Shown piece after piece: positions 19,771-29,317 of a DNA stretch of 64,000 bases. The translations under genes were made by a program, and so were the position numbers. Below the pieces are notes generated by a model. That model saw only the letters and a list, made by a program, of their open reading frames with translations, was not told the origin of the DNA and ran no database searches. Within the stretch, counting starts at the first letter, position 1; every line of letters starts with the position of its first letter. The DNA lies in assembly GCA_041697335.1 (NCBI GenBank), contig JBGUGD010000025.1, positions 4,967-68,966 on the forward strand. Reading direction: 5' to 3'. The stretch is from Vampirovibrionaceae bacterium NZW_1234 (GTDB lineage: Bacteria; Cyanobacteriota; Vampirovibrionia; Vampirovibrionales; JAGQHJ01).

Positions 19771-22700
19771 GAACCTTATCTCCTTTTCTGCCGCTAACCA
19801 GGGTATACAGCACCGGTATCAAGAATAACGATAAAATCGTGGACACCAAAAGGCCACCAATAATAACGATGGCAAAGGGTTTTTGGCTTTGAGACCCAAT
19901 GCCGGTGGAGACTGCTGCAGGGACTAAGCCTAATATGGCCACGCTGCCCGCCATTAACACAGGTTGTAATTTGGTTCTTGCACCTTGAATGGCGGCTTTT
20001 AACCGGGAAAAATGACGTCGCCGAAGTTCTTTGATATACGAGAGAATAATGACGCCGTTTAAAACCGACACACCCGCGGCTGCAATAAAGCCCACACCTG
20101 CAGATACGGAAAAATAGGTATGGGTCTGGTACAAGGCGGCAATGCCACCAATGGCTGCCAGGGGAATCGGGATCATCGCCAATAGACAGTCCTGGACCCG
20201 TCGAAACATGACATACAAGATGGCAAAAATCGCAATCAAAGTCACCGGTAGAATCACCTGCATCCGGGCATTCGCTCGCTGCTGATTTTCAAACTGACCG
20301 CCCCAAACCAAGCGGTAGCCCTCTGGAATAACGACGTTTTTATGAACCACCTCTTGGGCATCCCGAACAGCACTGCCCAAATCTCGCCCTCGAACATTGG
20401 CTTTAATGGTAACCAGACGGGAGTTTTCCGAGCGCATAATCGAGGTTGCACCGGTGGCTGTTTCAATGGTGGCCACTTCCGAGAGGGGAATGGTTTGACC
20501 TGCCGGGGTGGTGATGAGCAGGTTGTCCAAGGCTTCTATATTAGCGCGAAAGGGTTTCTGTAAACGCACAAGAACATTGAATCGGCGCTCACCCTCAAGA
20601 ATTTCCGTCGCCACCTTGCCGCCAATGGCAATTTCAACCAGTTGATTGATATCGCTGACATTAATGCCATAGCGATCGGCCTGGGTCCGGTTGATCTGGA
20701 TTCGGTATTGGGGTTGGCCGAGCAACTTGTCACTGGCCACATCCACCATGCCGGGAACATTGGTAATTAAAGCCGTCAGCTTATCACCGAGCCTTTCCAG
20801 CACATGCAGATCCGGGCCATACAGCTTGACCGCCAACTCCGCCTTGGCGCCGGAAATGGCTTCATCGACACCATCCTGAATGTATTGGGAAAACGTTGTT
20901 ACAATCCCGGGAATGTTGTTTAAATCTTGATCCATTGCATTGACAATGGCTTCTTTGTTCCCCTGCCACTGTTTACGCCAGGAGGTTGCCGGATACAAAT
21001 CGATCATGACTTCGATATTACTGGGGTTGTTGGGATCCGTGCCATCATCAGGGGCTCCGATTTGGGAGACCACGTTTTTGACTTCCGGATAGCGCATAAT
21101 GTGTTGCCGGATATTGCGGGCGATGGCGACGGATTTTTCCAAAGAGACGCTGGTGGGGAGGACCGTTACCCGTAACCAGATATTGCCTTCATCGAGCTTG
21201 GGTAAAAACTCAGACCCCACGTTCAGAAACAGTAACACGCTGGTTACAAGGGACAAAAGGGTTATGCAAAGCAACGGCCAGGGTGTGCGAATGGCTCGAA
21301 TGAGCAAAGGGCGATAGAGATTGTTGGTCAGCCGTACAAGAGGACTGATTCTTTCCACGATGGGTTTTCCTGTCATCAGGAAAGCCATAATCACGGGAAT
21401 GATAGTAATACTGACCAGCAAAGCGCCCAGCAACGCAAAGTTCATGGTGAAAGCCAGGGGATGGAAAAGTTTTCCGGCAACACCGTCAAAGGCAAAGATG
21501 GGAAGAAACGCGACAAGAATAATAAATGTGGCAAACACAATGGGGCTTCCCACTTCCTTGGCTGCATGAAGTACTAGTTCAATACGCCCTTTGGGGCTTA
21601 ATGAACGCCCTTCATGGGCAAGTCGGCGATGAATGTTTTCCACCATCACCACTGTCCCATCGATAATGATGCCAAAGTCCACAGCCCCCAGGCTTAACAG
21701 GTTAGCCGGAATATGGCAGAGATTGAGCAGGATGAAGGAAATCATCAGGGACAACGGAATAACCAGTGCGGCAATGAGGGCAGACTTGACCTCAAACATA
21801 AACATCAGCAGAATGGCCACAACTAAAACAATCCCGGCAGCCACGTTATGGCCAATGGTATCCATGGTGTGGCGCATTAAATCCATGCGATCGTATAGCG
21901 GCACTAATTTGACGCCCAGCGGCAGGTTCGATTGGATTTCCGGAAGTCGGTCATACACTTTTTCAATAACTCGGGCAGGATTTTCATAGCGCCGCATCAG
22001 GACAATGCCTTCGATAACATCGTCATCGTTGTTTTTGCCGACTTGCCCCAAGCGGATACCTGGGCCGGTATTGATGGTTGCCAGGTCTTTAATGCGAATG
22101 GGGATGCCATCGACAGTGGAGCTGACCACGACCTTGGCCAGTTCATCAATATCCTGAATTAGCCCAAGGCCGCGAACCACATAGGCTTGCCCATTATTTT
22201 CAATATAATTCCCACCGGCCGAACCGTTGGAGCGAGAAACTGCCTCAAAGACCTGGTTAATGGATAAGTTATAGGCTTTCAGGCGACCGGCATCAATATT
22301 GACTTGATAATTTTTCGTGGGGCCACCAAAACCTGCCACGCTAACAACGCCCGGGATTTCGCGAAATTTCTTTTCCAATACCCAGTCCTGAATCGCCTTT
22401 AACGACATTTTGTCGTAGTAGTCGGACTCCACAGTGTAGCGGTAGATTTCCCCAACGGAGGAAGTCGCATCCGGATCGAGCAAGGGTTCAGCGTCTTCAG
22501 GTAACTCAGCCTGACCAATGCGTTCGAGAACCTGCTGGCGGGCAAAATGGGTCGGAGTACCACTCTCAAAGGTAACCAATACAGCGGACAATCCGAAAAT
22601 TGAGACCGAACGGAGTTTAGTCTGACGGGGTAGTCCGTTGAGTTCTTTCTCCAAGGGGATGGTTACGGTGCGCTCGACTTCTTCAGCCCCTTTCCCAGGC

Positions 22701-22867
22701 ATTAAGGTCAGCACCCGTACAATGGGATCGGTAAAATCAGGATAGGCTTCGATGGCCAGTTGTTGAAAGGCAATAATCCCTGCCCCAATCAAAGACAGAG
22801 TAAGAGCAACCACAATATAGCGATGGCGCAGCGCCAAAGTGATAAGACCGTTAATCAGGAAGTTCAT
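19724..22867 (-). CDS. CzcA/CusA-family heavy-metal RND efflux pump
   Basis: 1047 aa with a 12-TM RND layout. The N-terminus reads ...ALRHRYIVVALTLSLIGAGIIAFQQLAIEAYPDFTDP, typical of the HME-RND family. Confidence 0.92.
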   Translation of the reverse strand: MNFLINGLITLALRHRYIVVALTLSLIGAGIIAFQQLAIEAYPDFTDPIVRVLTLMPGKGAEEVERTVTIPLEKELNGLPRQTKLRSVSIFGLSAVLVTFESGTPTHFARQQVLERIGQAELPEDAEPLLDPDATSSVGEIYRYTVESDYYDKMSLKAIQDWVLEKKFREIPGVVSVAGFGGPTKNYQVNIDAGRLKAYNLSINQVFEAVSRSNGSAGGNYIENNGQAYVVRGLGLIQDIDELAKVVVSSTVDGIPIRIKDLATINTGPGIRLGQVGKNNDDDVIEGIVLMRRYENPARVIEKVYDRLPEIQSNLPLGVKLVPLYDRMDLMRHTMDTIGHNVAAGIVLVVAILLMFMFEVKSALIAALVIPLSLMISFILLNLCHIPANLLSLGAVDFGIIIDGTVVMVENIHRRLAHEGRSLSPKGRIELVLHAAKEVGSPIVFATFIILVAFLPIFAFDGVAGKLFHPLAFTMNFALLGALLVSITIIPVIMAFLMTGKPIVERISPLVRLTNNLYRPLLIRAIRTPWPLLCITLLSLVTSVLLFLNVGSEFLPKLDEGNIWLRVTVLPTSVSLEKSVAIARNIRQHIMRYPEVKNVVSQIGAPDDGTDPNNPSNIEVMIDLYPATSWRKQWQGNKEAIVNAMDQDLNNIPGIVTTFSQYIQDGVDEAISGAKAELAVKLYGPDLHVLERLGDKLTALITNVPGMVDVASDKLLGQPQYRIQINRTQADRYGINVSDINQLVEIAIGGKVATEILEGERRFNVLVRLQKPFRANIEALDNLLITTPAGQTIPLSEVATIETATGATSIMRSENSRLVTIKANVRGRDLGSAVRDAQEVVHKNVVIPEGYRLVWGGQFENQQRANARMQVILPVTLIAIFAILYVMFRRVQDCLLAMIPIPLAAIGGIAALYQTHTYFSVSAGVGFIAAAGVSVLNGVIILSYIKELRRRHFSRLKAAIQGARTKLQPVLMAGSVAILGLVPAAVSTGIGSQSQKPFAIVIIGGLLVSTILSLFLIPVLYTLVSGRKGDKVHAVEHLSVVATVSEV

Positions 22868-24306
22868 GGAAGTGTTACCTTGCCGCCTGCTGCTTTTTCA
22901 AGGTCACCCCAGGCGTTTTGATAGGCGACAATGGATTCCAGATAGTCATAGAATATCTTTTGCACGGTTTGCTGAGCCAGGATTACTGAGACAAGGCCGG
23001 ATTTTCCGGCGGCATAACTTTTCTGCGCCAGGCTCAGCACGTCTTTCGATTCCGGCAGCAGTTTGCTCTGGTACAGCTGAATATTTTCCCGAGCGGTCAT
23101 ACAGGCCGTGTAGGCATTGTCGATGTCCAAGCGGATTTGTTTTTCCGTGGCTTCGATTTCCAGGGCTGTTTTGCTGAGCATGGCTTTAGCACGCTGGATT
23201 TGTGCGCCCTGGTTGTGCCGAATCGGAAGAACAAGAGCCGAGGCTAGATAACCGCCTGAAAAAAAGCCTTTCTCAAAAGGACCATCAGGGGTAATGGCAT
23301 TCACAAAGGTAAAACCGCCTGTTAATTCGATATCCGGAACTTTTTCGGCCCGGAGGGCTCGTAATTCCTTTTGGGAAACAACCGTCCGTTGCACCAGCGC
23401 CTTTAAATCCGGTCTCACTTCTCTGGCCTGGAGTTCCAGTTCTGCCTGGCTGGGAATCGTTGTTGTTAAAAGCGGTACCAGTTCCGTTTGTTGCGCATTG
23501 CCATAAAATAAGCCGTTATCACTAATGTCAAAGTTCGGATCCACCTGCTCACCCAACAGCGTGAACAGTGTCCGACGATCTTGCCTCAAGCGGCCTTTGG
23601 CTTCATTCATTTGGGTTTCCAGCTGGGAGCGTGTCAATTTTGCCAGAAGCAATTCCGATTCCGGTGCAGCACCGGCCCTGACCCGAATGGCTGCAATATC
23701 CACAAGCCGATCCAACAGTTCCGATTGGGTATGCAGGACACGCAAATTCTCTTTGGAGGCTGCCAGTTGGGCATAGGCCTGTCGGACCCGGGCCCGAATT
23801 TCCCAACGCAGGGTGTTAATTTCCTTATCGGTGAGTTCCAGTTCTGCCTGGGCAACTTCAACTCGCTTGGGATGTTTACCGGCAGTTTCAATGAGCTGGG
23901 TAATGCCAATCAATTGGGATTGTCCGAGTTGCCGTGCAATATTACCAAAGGTATAGGTACCTGAAATTTCGGGATTCGGTTCCTGCCGAGCAATCCCGAC
24001 GTCGGCAAGACTAATGTCGTGACGCTTTCTGGCCGCCAGCAGATCCGGGTTGTAGTCCTCTGCCAGTTCCAAAGCGTCGCTCAGGCTAATCTGCACAGGG
24101 GACGGGGTGTTTGAGGACGGCGTTTCTTGAGCCAGAACCGCGCATGGGGATACCAGCAAAAGAAAGAAGCTGAGGCCAATCACGGGTAGTTTAAATCGTC
24201 GGGGATTGAAATAACGATTCAATAGGGGCCAATATGCGCGAATAGAACCAGAGGCCAAGGTGACAACGGGAGTCCAGGGTCTAGATGATAGCAACAACAA
24301 AGGCAT
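22864..24306 (-). CDS. TolC-family outer membrane efflux protein (CzcC-like)
   Basis: Two-repeat TolC helical pattern. ATGA overlap with the pump gene. The signal peptide is internal to the annotated N-terminus, so the true start may be downstream. Confidence 0.85.
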   Translation of the reverse strand: MPLLLLSSRPWTPVVTLASGSIRAYWPLLNRYFNPRRFKLPVIGLSFFLLLVSPCAVLAQETPSSNTPSPVQISLSDALELAEDYNPDLLAARKRHDISLADVGIARQEPNPEISGTYTFGNIARQLGQSQLIGITQLIETAGKHPKRVEVAQAELELTDKEINTLRWEIRARVRQAYAQLAASKENLRVLHTQSELLDRLVDIAAIRVRAGAAPESELLLAKLTRSQLETQMNEAKGRLRQDRRTLFTLLGEQVDPNFDISDNGLFYGNAQQTELVPLLTTTIPSQAELELQAREVRPDLKALVQRTVVSQKELRALRAEKVPDIELTGGFTFVNAITPDGPFEKGFFSGGYLASALVLPIRHNQGAQIQRAKAMLSKTALEIEATEKQIRLDIDNAYTACMTARENIQLYQSKLLPESKDVLSLAQKSYAAGKSGLVSVILAQQTVQKIFYDYLESIVAYQNAWGDLEKAAGGKVTLP

Positions 24307-24561
24307 GATTCCGGCAAAAACTCTCAGGACAATGGAGTATAAACCCCGTTTTAATCGATTATATCAGGAGATTCCACTTTTTCGTCAAAATCTTAACCTT
24401 GTAAGCCTTGGCGCGATAGTGATGATAGCGTTAAGTAGGGTGGGTTAAATCCCTTTGATGTTCTTGAGGGATTCTGTAAAGAGTTAATGCGTTGGCTTGA
24501 ATGGGGAGATGGATCCTTTTAAGATGAAGAGAGATAGAGATGGCAACATCAGGAGGGTCCT

Positions 24562-25761
24562 GTGATGGTACCGGAAATCGATTTAGAAGACGATAAGCGT
24601 GTTTATATTTTTGATACAACCTTACGAGATGGGGAACAGTCGCCTGGGGCTGCATTAAAGCCCACGGAAAAGATTCAAATCGCCAAGCAGTTGGCCAAGT
24701 TGAACGTGGATGTCATTGAAGCGGGTTTCCCGTTCAGCAGTCCCGGGGATTTCGAGTCTGTCCGTCAGATTGCGGCGGAAGTAGACGGCCCGATTGTTGC
24801 GGGTCTCTGTCGCACGACCCCTCAGGACATCGAAGCGACCTGGGATGCGGTGAAAGTGGCCAAGCGCCCGCGCATTCATACTTTTATTGCCACCAGCGAC
24901 ATTCATATCGCGGCCAAGTTCAAGAAAACTCGCGATGAGATCCTGGTGATTGCCCGGGACATGGTCGCCCTGGCGGCGTCCAAATGTAAGGATGTCGAGT
25001 TCTCCGCCGAAGATGCCGGACGAACCGAGCGCTTTTTCCTGTACAAAGTCTTGGAAGCTGTCATTGATGCCGGGGCGACGACAGTCAATATTCCGGACAC
25101 CGTGGGATACACCATTCCCGAGGAGTTCGGCAAGCTGATTCGCGACATCAAGTTGAATGTCCCGAACATCGATAAGGCCATCATTTCGGTGCACTGTCAC
25201 AACGATCTGGGCATGGCCACGGCCAACAGTCTGGCCGGTGTGTTAAACGGGGCACGCCAGGTGGAGTGTACCGTTAACGGCATTGGTGAACGGGCTGGAA
25301 ATGCGGCCATGGAAGAGGTGGTAATGGCCCTTCATGTGCGAAAAGCTTATTTCGACGGCTGTTACACCAATATCAACACCCGTGCGTTTTATGAAACCAG
25401 TCACATGGTATCCGAGCTTACCGGAATGCCCATTCAACCCAACAAAGCCATTGTTGGCCGCAACGCCTTTGCTCATGAGTCGGGAATTCACCAGGACGGT
25501 TTCCTCAAGGGCCGTGACACCTACGAGATCATGCACCCGGAAATGGTGGGCCTGGAGCGCTCCAGCTTGCCCCTGGGACCCCGCTCCGGGAAGGCGGCCT
25601 TGAAGGTAAAATTACAGGAGCTTGGCATTCAGGTCGGCGACGATGTGATGCCCGAGTTTTTTGAAGCCTTCAAGCGTCTGGCCGACCAGAAGAAATTCAT
25701 CGAGGACGCCGACATTCAGGCCCTGGCATCGGATTTCAAGGTGGTTAGCCGGTCCTTATAG
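24562..25761 (+). CDS. 2-isopropylmalate/citramalate/homocitrate synthase family protein, short form without the LeuA regulatory domain
   Basis: [27 protein letters not shown] and HESGIHQDG. Only 399 aa. AGGAGGG RBS; GTG at 24562 or ATG at 24565. Confidence 0.85.
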   Translation: MMVPEIDLEDDKRVYIFDTTLRDGEQSPGAALKPTEKIQIAKQLAKLNVDVIEAGFPFSSPGDFESVRQIAAEVDGPIVAGLCRTTPQDIEATWDAVKVAKRPRIHTFIATSDIHIAAKFKKTRDEILVIARDMVALAASKCKDVEFSAEDAGRTERFFLYKVLEAVIDAGATTVNIPDTVGYTIPEEFGKLIRDIKLNVPNIDKAIISVHCHNDLGMATANSLAGVLNGARQVECTVNGIGERAGNAAMEEVVMALHVRKAYFDGCYTNINTRAFYETSHMVSELTGMPIQPNKAIVGRNAFAHESGIHQDGFLKGRDTYEIMHPEMVGLERSSLPLGPRSGKAALKVKLQELGIQVGDDVMPEFFEAFKRLADQKKFIEDADIQALASDFKVVSRSL

Positions 25762-25766
25762 CGCCT

Positions 25767-26390
25767 ATGTCCTCTGCTCCTACTCAAACACCAGAAAGTC
25801 AACCGGTCGATCCGCCTGGCGGATTTCCCATGCCGGTGCCTCTTGTCAGTACGGAGCCGCCTGGGAACTTCTTTAACCTGTATACGGCCCACCCCTTTCA
25901 ATGGTTGGGCTATGGTCTGTGGATGCTGCTCTTTGGGCTGGTCATCTATATTATCCTGTCCCATTGGCCCACCCCTCCCGAAGTATTAACGGTCTACACC
26001 CACCCGGTTGCGGCATGGCAATCCGTGTTGGATGCGCCTGTCCTGGTTCAAACTCCGCCGTCGGACGCCTCACCTCAGGGCTTGGCCATTGTCGAGCACG
26101 CCGGAACGCCCAAAGAATCGGTTACCCCGGTCAGCGGGAAGGGCCGATCGGGAAGCAAGGAGACCCATCGACCCGCATCCGGCAAGAAGACCTTTACCGG
26201 AACCCTCAATCTGAATACCGCGACAGTATCACAGCTCCAGCAATTACCGGGCATTGGCCCCAAGATGGCCGAACGCATTATCGCATACCGCAAGCAGCAT
26301 GGCCGGTTTCAGCATATCCAGGAGCTAATGGATGTCGAGGGCATCGGCCCCAAGAAGTTTGCCAAGCTGGCGCCCCATTGTGCCCTGTAA
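25767..26390 (+). CDS. comEA: ComEA-family helix-hairpin-helix DNA-binding protein
   Basis: C-terminal LNLNTATVSQLQQLPGIGPKMAERIIAYRKQHGRFQHIQELMDVEGIGPKKF. N-terminal TM segment. Confidence 0.8.
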   Translation: MSSAPTQTPESQPVDPPGGFPMPVPLVSTEPPGNFFNLYTAHPFQWLGYGLWMLLFGLVIYIILSHWPTPPEVLTVYTHPVAAWQSVLDAPVLVQTPPSDASPQGLAIVEHAGTPKESVTPVSGKGRSGSKETHRPASGKKTFTGTLNLNTATVSQLQQLPGIGPKMAERIIAYRKQHGRFQHIQELMDVEGIGPKKFAKLAPHCAL

Positions 26391-26897
26391 TCAGACCCCC
26401 GTCGTCATCCATTGCACGTGGTCTTCAATCTGAAGATTTCCGCTGATGGTCTTATGAACAGGACACCGTGAAGCAACGGCTCTAAGCCGATCGATCTGTT
26501 CCGGGGTCAGGTCGCCGGTCATCTCGATGACCCGGTGAATCCGCTCGATACGTTTGTCGGCTTCGGTGCAGTCCACGCAGTCCTTCCGGTAATCCCGTTC
26601 ATGGGTCAGCCGAATCCGAAGCGTTTCCAGGGGCCATTGCTTTTGCTTGGCATACATCCGAATGGTCATGGCAGTGCAAGAGCCCAGGGCCGCCAGGAAC
26701 AGGTCGTAAGGGGTTGGGCCGCTGTCATCGCCACCCAGGTCAACGGGTTCATCAACCACCCAACTGAACCGTCCGGCCTGGACCCGGTGTTGCAGCCGAC
26801 GGTCCCACTCGACAGTCACGGCCTCATCCAGCTCGGTTTCAGGCGTCACAGGATTGATCGGGTTCATGGCAAAGCCCCTTTCTGTTTCTTGGGTCAT
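26391..26897 (-). CDS. OsmC/Ohr-family protein
   Basis: GGDDSGPTPYDLFLAALGSCTAMT and C-terminal CPVHKT. The alternative start M11 (26867) has the better RBS. Confidence 0.8.
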   Translation of the reverse strand: MTQETERGFAMNPINPVTPETELDEAVTVEWDRRLQHRVQAGRFSWVVDEPVDLGGDDSGPTPYDLFLAALGSCTAMTIRMYAKQKQWPLETLRIRLTHERDYRKDCVDCTEADKRIERIHRVIEMTGDLTPEQIDRLRAVASRCPVHKTISGNLQIEDHVQWMTTGV

Positions 26898-26930
26898 TCA
26901 CGGATGAACTCTATCATACGGCTCTTTTCC

Positions 26931-26961
26931 AAAGAAAAAACCCCGACAGATGTCGAGGGTT
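26931..26961 (-). terminator. Intrinsic terminator or attenuator just upstream of osmC
   Basis: On the minus strand, AACCCTCGACA..TGTCGGGGTT is followed by TTTTTTCTTT. Confidence 0.55.
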
Positions 26962-27054
26962 GCTGGCTCTAAGTTGATATGGATGCCCGTTTGGGGCGTC
27001 CAATCAGCTGTGATTCATGATGATAAAAGGGACATGATTTGAAGGACGTACTGT

Positions 27055-27150
27055 AGGCTAAGTAGGAGTAAAGGAAAAGGAAAATGGAATTAGAAAGAAG
27101 AAGGGAAAAGGAAATCTGTAAAAAGAAGGGAGGGGGGAAGGATGATGCTG
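27055..27150. repeat. Strand-asymmetric polypurine (plus) / polypyrimidine (minus) tract
   Basis: GTAGGAGTAAAGGAAAAGGAAAATGGAATTAGAAAGAAGAAGGGAAAAGGAAATCTGTAAAAAGAAGGGAGGGGGGAAGGA, with at least 8 GGA motifs. Confidence 0.8.
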
Positions 27151-27500
27151 GGTGAGGTGGACATTGTAGGCGATATGTCTGTCTTCTCTGGTTTCTTTTG
27201 GATCTCCTGACATTCAATGCCTCTTCGTAATGAATCCGCTTTGGTTCTCTCTCCCGAGAAGCTCTCTCCAATGTGACTTTGTGGTGTTGGTGTGGGGTGT
27301 GTCCCTCACATAATGGGTTTCGGCAGCTGGGGTAGAAACTTTACAGGATATACTTGAAAAAGTCGCATATTTTTTGAGGGTAAATCCAAAAATGCAGTAA
27401 TGGTAATGGTTTTCAGGGCTATAAAATGTAACATCCCTGTTACATAAGGATCTTGAGGGGAGTGCGAGATATAACCAAGATATCCGGATAAGCCGTTCTC

Positions 27501-27535
27501 ACGACAAAAGCCACGGCCGTGAGGACGTGGCTTTT
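27501..27535 (-). terminator. Rho-independent terminator of the 27559..29163 gene
   Basis: On the minus strand, AAAAGCCACG..CGTGGCTTTT is followed by GTCGT. Confidence 0.6.
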
Positions 27536-27558
27536 AACGTAAATGAATGAAGGAAAAA

Positions 27559-29163
27559 CTAGGCTGAAGCTTGAGGCTGGGGCTCAAGAGCCTTTTTAAA
27601 TGCCGAAATCTCAGTATCATCGGCATTGGTTCCAAAGTTCAGCTCAGCAGCAGGCAGGGCTTTGGCAATCGCTTCCATCGTCGCCACCTTCAGGCGGGTC
27701 GGTTGAAGGCCGGGCTCCGGCAGATCCTTCCGGGTGAGCACATGATCGATTGGTTTGCCCTGTTCAAAGTCATCAATGTCGGCTTGTGTGGCCAGCTTCA
27801 AGAATTGCTGGATGCGCAGGGCCACTGCATAGTCGACGCAATCCTGAAGATCAGTTGCATTTTTGCCTTTCAGGGCTTGCCCTTTTTCTTCCAGATAGGT
27901 TTGAAGTTCCTCGGCCTGTAAAATGCCATCATTTCTGCCGGTTTTATCGGTGGCTTTGGCCACGTTGCCATAGAGTTCCGGAGTGGCCCGCAGGCTAACC
28001 CGCTTTGTGGTAGCCGGTAAATCCTGGGGCAGCTGAATCTGGGCAAACGATTTGGTCGGACCGGGGGCTTCCGATGCTGCGGAATTCAGCGTGACGTCGG
28101 AGGAATTAATGGAAAAAACCTGGCTGGCATCGCCGGAGGTGGGTAAGCCAATCAACACCGGTTCTGTGGGGCCGGTGGCACTGGTGCTTTCAATAATAAT
28201 GGTATTGCCATTTTGCTGGATTACAGGGGCTTGTGCGAAAGCGGCAAGAAGGGATTGGCCATCATTATGGAGCGAAGGCGCATCGGTTTGGATCGTGGAT
28301 GCCGTTCCGCCGCCAATCTGACTGGTAATGTGGAAGGTGCCATTGGGGCCTGTTACGCTGGGTGCGCCAACGAAGACCACATTGTTGCCGCCTTGCTCCG
28401 CAGCCGGTCCCGACGCTCCGGATACTCCGCTATTGCCATTATTGCCGGCGTCGTCCTTCGGGCCGGTAGTACCTGTGGCTTTACCTTTGCCCTGTTGTTT
28501 TTCACAATGCGGTAATTCGTGATTCAGAATCAAATCCAGGAATACACTGCCCAATTCGTCGTCATAGGAGCCGTCCTGGGCCAGATTGATAATCAATTCC
28601 TCCAAATCGGGTTTCTTAAACTCCTGGCCCGGATACTTCAACACGAAGTTATCGTTCTTTTTCGACTCTTCGTCGATATGAATAATCAATTCCAGGGCCG
28701 CAGCGGCGGCTTTTTTCAACGTCGCACTATCGAGTTTTTTGTCTTTGTCAAACTGTTTCAGCTTTTGCTCCAGCTTGACTTGGGTAAAATCATACTCGTC
28801 ACCTTCCGGCGAGGTGAACCGATAGCTTCGCTCTGCTTCAGCGCTGGGCTTGCCCTTGGCCTTCTCTGTGCCTTTGGCGCCTTTGGCATTGGCTTTCTTG
28901 TCGTCTTCTCCGCTGCCACCAAACAGGCTCATAATCCAACGGAAGGGTGCGGTAATCATGGACCATAATTTTGTCAGAAACGTTTCTTCTTCTTTTTTCT
29001 TGCCTTTGCCTTTGGATGCCGGGGTTTCGGTTTCCGAACCAAAGCGTGGCGCTATGACATCGCGGGCCTGGGCCATCCGGAGACCACCCGGTACGGATGA
29101 TGCGGTGCGCTTAAAATTTCCGGAAACGATGTTGGTATTGGCAAAACCAGTTCTCAGGTCCAT
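27559..29163 (-). CDS. Hypothetical protein, MDLRTGF-leader family member A
   Basis: 534-aa ORF with an AAAGGA RBS. Its N-terminal module is shared with the neighbouring gene. Gly/Asn/Thr-rich middle. No Sec signal. Confidence 0.65.
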   Translation of the reverse strand: MDLRTGFANTNIVSGNFKRTASSVPGGLRMAQARDVIAPRFGSETETPASKGKGKKKEEETFLTKLWSMITAPFRWIMSLFGGSGEDDKKANAKGAKGTEKAKGKPSAEAERSYRFTSPEGDEYDFTQVKLEQKLKQFDKDKKLDSATLKKAAAAALELIIHIDEESKKNDNFVLKYPGQEFKKPDLEELIINLAQDGSYDDELGSVFLDLILNHELPHCEKQQGKGKATGTTGPKDDAGNNGNSGVSGASGPAAEQGGNNVVFVGAPSVTGPNGTFHITSQIGGGTASTIQTDAPSLHNDGQSLLAAFAQAPVIQQNGNTIIIESTSATGPTEPVLIGLPTSGDASQVFSINSSDVTLNSAASEAPGPTKSFAQIQLPQDLPATTKRVSLRATPELYGNVAKATDKTGRNDGILQAEELQTYLEEKGQALKGKNATDLQDCVDYAVALRIQQFLKLATQADIDDFEQGKPIDHVLTRKDLPEPGLQPTRLKVATMEAIAKALPAAELNFGTNADDTEISAFKKALEPQPQASA

Positions 29164-29317
29164 GACGTAATCCTTTTCTATCTCTCACGTGTTGGGTCGG
29201 TAGTGCTAAAAAATCCCTCAAGATTAAAAGTTGCTAGGTTTTGGAACAATTGCGAAGAATTTTACGAATCTCCCTTCAGCCAGAGGCTTCTGAGCTTTCG
29301 AAAACGAAAAACGCCGA

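Noticed and set aside
15359-24306. A tRNA-Arg-anchored genomic island covering the VWD-like gene and the efflux operon
   Set aside because: The AT-rich spacer after the tRNA is suggestive. However, I found no direct repeat of the tRNA 3' end downstream and no integrase, so there is no boundary evidence.
24562-25761. The short LeuA-family gene as a truncated pseudogene
   Set aside because: The ORF is intact with a good RBS and all catalytic motifs. It ends cleanly 5 nt before comEA with no leftover regulatory-domain sequence, so it fits a natural short-form family better.
25901-26446. 181-aa alternative-frame ORF over comEA
   Set aside because: It is Arg/Pro/Gly-rich with no motifs. The comEA frame carries the helix-hairpin-helix signature.
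26969-27271. 100-aa minus-strand ORF in the osmC-upstream region
   Set aside because: Its translation (…SSFPPPFFLQISFSLLLSNSIFLFLYSYLAY…) is simply the polypyrimidine tract read as protein. It has no RBS, so the region is treated as non-coding.
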